Assembly (NCBI GenBank): GCA_017499595.2
Contig: CM039000.1
Coordinates: 3,224,001-3,288,000 of the forward strand
Direction of reading: 5' to 3'
DNA: 64,000 nt
Source: Psilocybe cubensis
Taxonomy: Eukaryota
How positions within the stretch are numbered: the first letter of the stretch is position 1; each line of letters opens with the position of its first letter. Shown here piece by piece: positions 1 through 10,400 of the stretch. The notes beneath the pieces are model-generated. The model ran no database searches. It worked only from the letters and a program-made list of their open reading frames with translations, and was not told where the DNA came from. A program made the position numbers and the translations under genes.

Positions 1-1090
1 TTGCGCTGCTCGTCTGTCTCCTCACCCCATCCTCCCTCTTCCAATCGACGAGCAGCCTGTGCTGCTCGTCCTCGGTTTTTCCGCCACCACCACCTCCATC
101 TGACGTCAACGGGCAGCCTGAGCTGCCCGTCTGACGTGTTGCCGTCGCCGCCACCGCCGCCCTTCACTTTGACGAGCAGCCTGTGCTGCTCGTCTTTCTT
201 TTCACCCCACCCTCCCTCTTCCAATCGACGAGCAGCGCAGGCTGCTCGTCCTTGCTTTTTCCGCCACCACCACCTCGATCTAACGTCAACAGGCAGCCTG
301 AGCTGCCCGTCGACGTGTTGCCATCGTCACCGCCGCCGCCGCCCTTCCCTGTTCACCCCACCCTCCCTCTTCCAATTGACGAGCAGCGCAGGCTGCTCGT
401 CCTCGGTTTTTCCGCCACCACCAACTCCTTCTGACGTCAACGGGCAGCCTGAGCTGCCCGTCTGACGTGTTGCCGTCGCCGCCACCGCCGCCCTTCACTG
501 TTCACCCCACCCTCCCTCTTCTAATCGACGAGCAGCCTGTGCTGCTCGTCCTCGGTTTTTCCGCCGCCACCACCTCGATCTAACGTCGACGGGCAGCTCA
601 GGCTGCCTGTCAACGTGTTGCCATCATCACCGCCGCTGCCGCCCTTCCCTGTTCACCCCACCCTCCCTCTTCCAATCGACGAGCTGCGCAGGCTGCTCGT
701 CCTTGCTTTTTCCACCACAACCACCTCCTTCTGACGTCGACGGGCAGTCTGAGCTGCCCGTCTGATGTGTCGCCATCGCCACCCCTCAGTCTGACGAGCA
801 GGTTGCGCTGCTCGTCTGTCTCCTCACCCCATCCTCCCTCTTCCAATCGACGAGCAGCCTGTGCTGCTCGTCCTCGGTTTTTCCGCCGCCACCACCTTGA
901 TCTAACGTCGACGGGCAGCTCAGGCTGCCTGTCGACGTGTTGCCATCGTCACCGCCGCCGCCGCCCTTCCCTGTTCACCCCACCCTCCCTCTTCCAATTG
1001 ACGAGCAGCGCAGGCTGCTCGTCCTCGGTTTTTCCGCCACAACCACCTCCTTCTGACGTCGACGGGCAGTCTGAGCTGCCCATCTGACGT
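1..1090. repeat. GC/CpG-rich tandem array, ~150-180 bp unit, at least 7 copies, each with two short hairpins; runs off the window start
   Basis: The anchor TTCCAATCGACGAGCAGC (with variants) recurs near 39, 219, 370, 520, 670, 841 and 992. Each unit carries GACGAGCAGC-N4-GCTGCTCGTC and ACGGGCAGC-N4-GCTGCCCGT. Confidence 0.93.
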
Positions 1091-1412
1091 GTTGGTTATG
1101 AGGATGGTTAACGTGCTGGATGTCCGTGTTGTTGGTCTGTATTTATCCCCTTCACATTCTTAGATTTCTCAATTGACCACCTTTTCCTGGGCCTGCAGAG
1201 ATAACAGAGAAATACTGCTTGTTATTGTCCTTAGTCCTGCCAACACCACCCTCCTCAATTTGATTATCCGCTCATTTCTGCTTTTGCATTCCCTAATGGT
1301 TAACACTTCCTTGGTGTATTATCTCTTATTTGGACATGGTCACATGATGACATGTGCACTACTCGGGCAATCTGTTGCGATAACGGATCTTTGTTTGTTA
1401 CCACCATCTACC

Positions 1413-4400
1413 ATGTCTTCCTATACTCTTTCAACCTCTGAAATTGCTCTTTTGCTTCGTATATTCAGGCATGGAGCCTTTGCTGAAGATGAAGATTACC
1501 TTGAAGATCTGTTGGTCCGTTTGGAGGCACTCAGCAATCCCTGGGATCTGCCAGAAGATCAGTCCACCTACGTTGTCAACTCTGAGACTCTCCATCATGA
1601 TGTAGACATTGGCCATACTGGGAATCTGGCAGGAACTGAAGTTGTGGGTGAGGATATGGTTGAGGATGAGGATGAGGATAGAGATGAGATTGAGTGGGAG
1701 GATGAGGATGAGGATAGAGATGAGATTGAGTCAGAGGATGAGGATGAGGATGAGGATGGAGAAGAGGATAGAGATCTGAACCAGGAGGTTGTCATGCAAA
1801 AAATGCATGTTGTAGATGGCGGAAAAAGGCTGGCAGTGGCTGGTGGGGATCATGGTAGAGGAGGAGGAGGAGGAGATAAAGGAAAGCATCGTGGCAGAAA
1901 GCCCTGTGTCAGAGGAGGACAAAAGGAACCGCGTCAACAAAACCAGGCTTTGTTGGATGTTGTGGGATTTGAGGATGTGGATAGCAGAGTAGCGGAGAAT
2001 GAAGATGAAGACGATGTTCTGGAAAGGCAGTATGAGATCGCTCAGCAGGAAACAGCAGAAGAAGACAGGGAAACACCGGAAAACCATGTTTTAACAAAAT
2101 CTACTAGGGCTTTGCTCCTAAAGGTCTGCTCTGTCTGCGATGATATAATGGACTCTTCTGGTTCCTTGCCTTCTTTCCAAAGTGTTGTGGCGGATCCTAT
2201 TGGCCTTTTGACCTATCTTTGCAATCCTGTCTATAGTAAATCATATCTTGATGCAATTCTAGGCGACCAATCCCTGAAATCTTTAGCAAACCGTTGCTCA
2301 ATGGCAGAGTGTAATACTCTTGTCAGTAAATTTGTGCAAGTTCTGTCTTTAATGCATTTCAGAACTAAAGTTGAAAGGTATGTATCGGCATTTAATCATC
2401 TAGTAGATTATATACTTATCCAACTTTATTACAGTGAATTCTTACAAAAGAAGAAAACTACTCCTAGCCTTACCCGGAGACGGTTACTTGAAGACTTCTG
2501 GTTGGATGGAAAAGATAAACCTGAACCCAAGTCAAAGAATGCTCTTTCTATGGCCAACAATGTTAGAAAGATGCATGATTGGCTTAAAATGGGGTCGGCA
2601 TTTTGTATCTTAGGAGGAAGCGGTAAGAAATTTTAATTATTCCATATAAATCTCAACTAAATGTTTTTAGGTTCATTGTATCTATTACCTGTGTTGATCT
2701 GTGCAGGGGTCAATGGTGACATTAGAAAGATGCCACTAGACCAATGTATTAGGCTGGGAGCTTTAATAAAATCACCAGATTTGTGTAAGTCAGATAATTG
2801 TACAGATTTGAAATTGTTTCTTATAATTTTATAGCGCTTCCTGGGCAGCTTGTCACCAAGTCTCTTATTCCAGCTATTTCAAAGCTTGGAGAACTTTTTG
2901 ATATTGAATTCACATCCATGTTTTCCCCCGACATGCTCTCTGGCTATCATGCTCAATACACATCTTCGGTTTCTGCACGTAATTTGAAGGAATCTGATAA
3001 AATTTTTGACAATATCAATTTCGAGTAAGTAACTGTTTTATTGTAGGTGAATCTATTTATTCACATTCTATATGTAGGACCTATAGGAGAAAAAGGGACT
3101 GGAATGCCTGGTCTAGCTTTTGTATCAATGATTTACAGAATCTTTCTGGCACTATCAATGATATAGAAGCATATTCATCTTACGCCAAACAACTATCAGG
3201 CCCTACAATCTCAGAGGCTATACCGTCATCACCTACAGTTATATCTCAATCCACGTCTCGAATTTCAACTATATCACCAACTGTGCGCTGTTCTTCTCCA
3301 ATGTCAATTTTAGAAGATATTCCTTTATTGGATGATGACGCTATGTCTGTATCAGATTATAGCTCTCGTTGTCCCTCTCCGCTTCTGGAAGATGAAGACG
3401 CTGCTTTCCCTGGCCATATTATCAATTCCACATATAAATCGGATGCAGACTTGAATGCTAAATTTCCTTTTAGTCGAACAGCATCTAAACAACAGATTTT
3501 TTCTACTACACAAGCGGAGAGGAAAAAAGCAGAAGAAGCACCATCTTTTCTTGATTTCGAGCAGTTCAGAATACAGGTACTAGTTTTTTTCTTTCCTAAG
3601 CCATCTTTACTCATTATTTTACAGTTTAAAAAACACATTACTCGTGCTGGAATAAGAAGAGGCAAGAAATATCTTCTTCTTAGCTCTGATATTTTAAACC
3701 AGTAAGTTTCTTTTTAAATTTACTTTTTTATTTAAAGAAAGATATACTAATGCATACTTTGCTAGGCTACCCTTGCGAATCAATGATTCCAAGGGTGCTA
3801 TGCAGATTATTGTGGATCCAACCATGTCTTCCGATATGCGCTCAAAGTTATGGACAAATTTTAAAGTGGCATTTGGTGAAAGCCTTGTGGAAACAGACAG
3901 CAAATCCCAGGGTGAATCTCATCACTTTACATCATTACATTTTACTTGGTATAACCGCTACAGTACTAAGGTGTCAGGGTTTCTCCAGTTTCCCCTCTTT
4001 ATCTTCACAGAATTATCTTATCCTTTCATTATCTTATCAATTACCTGATTAGATAGTTTATTTCTTTCATCACAGCCTTCTTGCTCCACTTCTTTCTAGT
4101 AAATTCTATATGATTCCTAGTCTTACTCATCCTTTTTCTATATGATGTCACTTTTATTCTTTAACCTTCCTTTATGATGTAATGTAGGGAATATTCTAGA
4201 ATAGCTGTAGAGTATAAATACTGGACTTGTAGGTAGCTGTAGCTTCAGCTTCAATCTCTTAGGATATCCACTATCATTGGTGTGATCTCTTAGAATCATT
4301 GAGTCTCTCTCACTCTTTTATTCTCTCTTTGCTCTCTTACTCTCCCTCTGCTCTCTCTCTCTCTCCCTTGCTTGATCTTTGTTGGTGGCCTTGTCACACT

Positions 4401-7400
4401 GATTATAGTGTTGCCCTGACAGAAGATTGAAGCTCTCTCAAGACAACTCCACCATCTTTCTTTCAACACCAAACTCTTCAACCTCTTCAACCTCTTCAAC
4501 ATCATCACCTCAACCTTCTTCCCCCACTTCCAACCCACCAACCTCTTCATCAACCTCTTCACCAATCTTCTTACCAACCTCTACATCTCCACCAATCTTC
4601 AACATCCTCCTCAAGACCTTTCTTCAAGACCTTTGGCTCATCATCTTTCCTACTCTCTGTTGTGTGCTGTGTGTGAACTTAGTAGATAGGGATACCAACT
4701 GTTGGGGCAGACACAGTCCTACTAGTGTTCTGTTTTTGGTGGTCTAGGAAATATCCAGTAACCCTGTGATCCTAGGTTTAGAGCCCTGAGTGGTGTGACA
4801 ACTGGGTATCCAGTAGATAGATATTTTTTTTAGAATACTTAGTATAGTTTCAAGGGCACTTTTAGTAGATAGCTTCTCCCACACACACATCAGAGAGCCT
4901 ACCTACCTCTACCCATGGACATGGACCCCTCCCAATTGCCTCCCACCACTCCTTCTGTGGAAGAGCTCATGCATCAGGTCCAGCTCCTTACCCAAGAGTT
5001 GAATTTTCTTAGACAGCAGCAGCAGTCATTATCCACTCCACCACACCCTCAGCAACCAGTCAGTCAGTCACCATCACCATCACCACCACCACCACCTGCT
5101 GCTCTAGATATTCATTCTTTCCCTACCCCTCATGTTGTCCCTTCCTGTTCACACTCTGCCATTAAAGTCTCACCTCCAGATCCATTTGATGGTTCTATGG
5201 AGAAGGCAGAAAACTTCCTCAGTCAGCTTAAATTATATTTCTATGGGAAAGGGATTACAGATGACTTTCAGAAAGTTATTTGTGCTCTATCTCATATGAA
5301 AGGAGGTACTGCTGGGAAGTGGGCATATGAGAAGACTAAAGTAATAGACAATGCTCAGTCCCAAGAAGGTCTTTGGGCTGACTTTGTTTATGAATTTAGG
5401 GAAGTGTTTGCAGATCCAGACCCCTCCAACACAGCTAAGCATAAAATGCACATGCTCAAGCAAGGCAGACAGACTGCTGATGAGTATGTTGCTAGCTTCA
5501 GGGCTCTGATCTCAGATACTGGGTATAATGATGCTGCTTTGGTAGACCAATTCAAGGCTGGGCTTAATGAAAATCTCAGGAATGCAGTCTACTATGTTCC
5601 TGACATGCCCAAAACCTTGGATGGATGGATTAAATGGAGTACTAGGCTAGATAGGCAGTGGAGACAGAGTGAGGCCTTTACCAAGTCTCTTTCCTCCTCC
5701 TCTTCTTCTCCCTTCCTTAAAGCCCCACCTCCCAAGGCTGTTCCTAAGCCTACTCCAAATCCTCCAGTCTTTTCCAACAGCAGCTCAAGGACCTTTGGTG
5801 CTCAGGCAAAGCAACCAGATGTAGTTCCCATGGAGGTTGACTCTGGATGGAAGTCAGTTAGGCCAATTGTTTGCTTCAAGTGCAGAAAGCCTGGTCATAA
5901 GGCTGTAAACTGCAGGTCATCAGTTAACATCAATGCTATGACCCATGAAGAACTGGCTGACTACTTTGGGAAATTAATCTTGGAAGGCCAGGAGCAGAAA
6001 GATGAGGAAAAGAAAAATTTTTAGAAGCACCATTGGTGAAAGACATGTCCCAATGGCATAGATTTAATGTACTAGAAAATGAAATTGACAGACTTGATCC
6101 TCAGTCTTCAGATTCTGGTGCAGAAATCATGTCTTCTTCTTCCTCTCTTTCTACCTTCCCTGAAAAGATCTACATCCTCAACCATAATCCTAAAACCTCT
6201 ACCCATTTGTCTGTCATCTTAAAGACAATGGACACAGAGAAAAGGTTATCTGTTGATGCTTTGCTTGATTCTGGAGCTACTGGCCTCTTTCTGCATTCTG
6301 GTTTTGTGAAGTATCATAATCTCAACACAAGGAAACTTCCTAGAGCCATTCCAGTCTATAATGTTGATGGTACCCTCAACAAGAGTGGCTCTATCCATGA
6401 GGAAGTAGACTTAATTATGGTACACAAAAACCATACAGAAAGGGCCACCTTTGCTGTTTGTGACTTGGGAGACAAATCTGCTATCATTGGACATACTTGG
6501 CTTTGGCACCATAATCCAGATGTTGATTGGAAGACAGGGGATGTCCAGTTTATTAGATGTCCCTCTGACTGCCAAATGGAAGCCAAAAGAGCCAGAAGAA
6601 AGAGGCAGAGAATAGCTGCAGTCAAAAGGAGGAAACTCCCTCAATTTGATGAAGAAGAAGAAGATTCTATTGAAGATTCTTCTGATTCTGAGATTGAGCC
6701 TGAGGATAGAATTTTTATTTCATACCTTCATCCTCAGAAGCAGTCTATTAATGCTACTTCTACTATGTCTCAAAGATTAGCAGAAGAGTCTCATCAGCAA
6801 GCTGATTCCCCTAAGAAAACCTTTGAAGAAACTGTTCCTAAGCACTATCATCAGTTTAAAGGTGTTTTTTCAAAGGAATCTTTTGATAGGCTACCAGACA
6901 GAAAGCCTTGGGATCATGCTATTGAGCTGAAACCTGGTTCTGAACCTTACAGATCCAAGATTTATCCTCTTTCTCCCAATGAACAAAAGGAACTTGATGC
7001 CTTTTTAGAGGAAAATCTGAAGTCTGGCAGGATTAGACCCTCCAAGTCACCTATGGCCTCCCCTGTATTCTTTGTCAAGAAGAAGGATGGATCTCTTAGG
7101 CTTGTCCAGGACTATAGGAAACTGAATGAAATGACCATCAAGAACTCCTACCCCCTTCCATTGATTTCTGACATTATCACCAAACTCAGCAAAGCCAAAT
7201 ACTTCACCAAACTTGATGTTAGGTGGGGATTTAACAATGTCAGAATCAAAAAAGGAGATGAATGGAAAGCAGCCTTTAGAACCAATAGAGGACTGTTTGA
7301 ACCATTGGTCATGTTCTTTGGTTTAACCAATAGTCCTGCTACCTTCCAAACTATGATGAATGATATCTTTATTGAGCTCATTGATGGAAATGTTGTCATT

Positions 7401-10400
7401 GTCTACATGGATGACATTTTAATTTTCACTGAGACTCTTGATCATCATAGAGAGGTAGTCAAGCAAGTTCTGCAAATCTTAGAACAGAACAAACTCTACC
7501 TTAAAGCAGAGAAATGTGAATTTGAAAAGAAAAAGATTGAATATCTTGGACTAATCATTTCACAAGGCAGGATTGAGATGGATCCTGTCAAGGTAGAGGG
7601 AGTTTCTAAATGGCCTGAACCTGAAAATGTCAAGGATGTCCAATCATTCTTGGGATTTGTTAATTTTTATAGAAGGTTCATAGAGGATTTTGCAGACATT
7701 GCTAAGCCCCTTCATGAATTGACAAAGAAAGGAACAGTCTGGAGATGGAGTCTTAGACAGCAGGAAGCCTTTGACCAGTTAAAGAAGAAAGTCACTTCTT
7801 CACCTGTCTTGATTTTCCCTGATGATAACAAGCCATATAAAGTTGAAGCAGACAGTTCAGATTATGCTACTGGGGCTGTTTTATCTCAGGAAGGATCAGA
7901 TGGGAAATGGCATCCTGTAGCCTTTATGTCTAAGAGTCTATCTGAAGTAGAAAGGAATTATGAGATCCATGACAAAGAGATGCTGGCTATTATCAGAGCA
8001 CTAGATGAATGGAGACATTATCTTGAAGGAACCCAACATTCCTTTGAGATTTGGACAGACCACAAAAACTTAGAGTACTTTATGGTTGCCCAAAAGCTCA
8101 GCAGAAGGCAAGCCAGATGGTCACTCTTCCTGTCCAGATTTGATTTTACTCTTCATCATAGGCCTGGTAAAAGATCTCTTAAGCCAGATGCTTTGTCTAG
8201 GAGACCAGATCATAAAAAGGGAGAGAATGATAACCAAAATGTAGTTCTTCTCAAACCTTCCTACTTTAAAATCCAGGCTCTCAAGCAGGGTCATGCTACC
8301 ATTACTGGTGCAGAAAATGATCTTCTTAAGAAGATTAGAGAAGCTAAGGAGATGGATGAAAAGGTGGTCAAGGCAGTTCAGGAGCTCAAGAAATCTTCTA
8401 CCAAGAAGATTGAAGGACAGGAATGGTCAGAAGAACAAGGCCTTATTCTCTACAGGGGGAAGGTGTATGTTCCCAAGGACAAAGATCTTAGAAGAAAGAT
8501 TGTGGAACTGCACCATGATGCCTTCATTGCTGGACATCCAGGGAAATGGAAGACAATTGAGCTAGTCTCTAGGAATTATTGGTGGCCAGGAATGTCACAT
8601 TTTATTGCAGCTTATACCAGAGGTTGTGATAGATGCAACAGAACCAAAACCTTTCCAGCCAAACCTCTTGGCCTTTTAATTCCTACTGAGATTCCCTCTG
8701 ATGTCTGGCAATGCATCTCTGTGGACTTTATTATGGGGTTACCAGAATGTCAAGGGTATAATGCCATTATGGTGGTTGTGGATAGACTTAGTAAAATGAT
8801 CCACATTATCCCTACTACAGATGAAGTCACTTCTGAAGGGACAGCCAGACTATACAGAGATTATGTCTGGAAACACCATGGCTTACCCATTAAAATTCTG
8901 TGTGATAGAGGTCCACAGTTTGTCTCAAGGTTTATGAAAGAACTCAACTCAATACTTGGTATCCAGACAGCCTCATCTACAGCCTACCATCCCCAAACTG
9001 ATGGTCAGACTGAAAGAGTTAACCAAGAAATTGAGCAGTATCTTAGACTCTTTATAAACCATAGACAAGATGATTGGGTTGAATGGTTAGCTCTAGCTGA
9101 ATTCTCTTATAACAATAGAGTTCAGGCTTCAACCAGGCAGACACCATTCATGCTCAATAATGGCAGACATCCCAGAATGGGCACTGAACCCCTTAGAGAT
9201 AGTAAAATGGACACTGTGGATACCTTTGTGAAAAATATGGAAGAAGCCAGAAAAGAAGCAGAGTCTGCACTTAGAAAAGCTGCTGATGATATGGCTAAAT
9301 TCTATAATAGACACAGAGGTACTCCAACTCAGTACAAAGTTGGGGATTTGGTATGGTTGGATGGCAAGGACCTCAAAACTGATAGGCCCTCCAAGAAATT
9401 GGATGATAAAAGATATGGGCCTTACAAAATTACCAAAGTTATTAGCCCTAATGCCTATGAGCTTAAGCTGCCATCTACCATGAAAATCCATCCAGTGTTT
9501 AATGTGGTTAAACTTCTACCTTATCACCCAGATATTGTAGAAAGAAAGCCTCCTTCTAGACCACCTCCTGTCATTCAAGGAGAAAATCCTGAGTGGGAAG
9601 TTGAATTTATCAAGGACAGCAGACTTTTTAGAAACAAACTTCAATATTTGGTCAAGTGGAAGAACTATCCTAATGAAGAATGCACTTGGGAGCCTGCAGA
9701 GCATTTGAAAAATGCTTCTAAGGCTATCAAGGACTTCCATGCCAAACATCCTTCAGCACCTAGAAGGATTTCTGCTGTGACCTTTGATAGACTTTCTTTC
9801 ACTCCTATTATTAACTTTACTGAACCTCCTCCTCTTCTTAAACCCTCTAAACTAACCCATCCATGTGCACATTGTGGAAAATGTGCCTTAGAGAGGGGGT
9901 GATGTCAGGGTTTCTCCAGTTTCCCCTCTTTATCTTCACAGAATTATCTTATCCTTTCATTATCTTATCAATTACCTGATTAGATAGTTTATTTCTTTCA
10001 TCACAGCCTTCTTGCTCCACTTCTTTCTAGTAAATTCTATATGATTCCTAGTCTTACTCATCCTTTTTCTATATGATGTCACTTTTATTCTTTAACCTTC
10101 CTTTATGATGTAATGTAGGGAATATTCTAGAATAGCTGTAGAGTATAAATACTGGACTTGTAGGTAGCTGTAGCTTCAGCTTCAATCTCTTAGGATATCC
10201 ACTATCATTGGTGTGATCTCTTAGAATCATTGAGTCTCTCTCACTCTTTTATTCTCTCTTTGCTCTCTTACTCTCCCTCTGCTCTCTCTCTCTCTCCCTT
10301 GCTTGATCTTTGTTGGTGGCCTTGTCACACTGATTATAGTGTTGCCCTGACATAAGGTCAGTTTTTAAATCCATATACTTATTCTCTTCCTAATATATTT

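Larger units (their letters stand above)
3972..10352 (+). mobile_element. Full-length Ty3/Gypsy chromovirus LTR retrotransposon (Tf1/sushi-like), 6381 bp
   Basis: Two 450-bp LTRs (TGTCAGGG...CCCTGACA), a 5-bp TSD TAAGG at 3967-3971 and 10353-10357, intact gag and pol (PR-RT-RH-IN-chromodomain), and a PPT before the 3' LTR. Confidence 0.98.

Noticed and set aside
1-1087. Several 70-154 aa ORFs on both strands
   Set aside because: They are translations of the tandem array, with non-ATG starts and repeated peptides; there is no evidence of coding.
4296-4747. ORFs in the retrotransposon leader
   Set aside because: C/A/T-rich CAACCTCTT repeats of the 5' UTR with non-ATG starts; not env or an extra gene.
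3972-10352. RIP-like inactivation as the cause of CpG loss in this copy
   Set aside because: Both ORFs are intact and the LTRs match, so the depletion predates this insertion.
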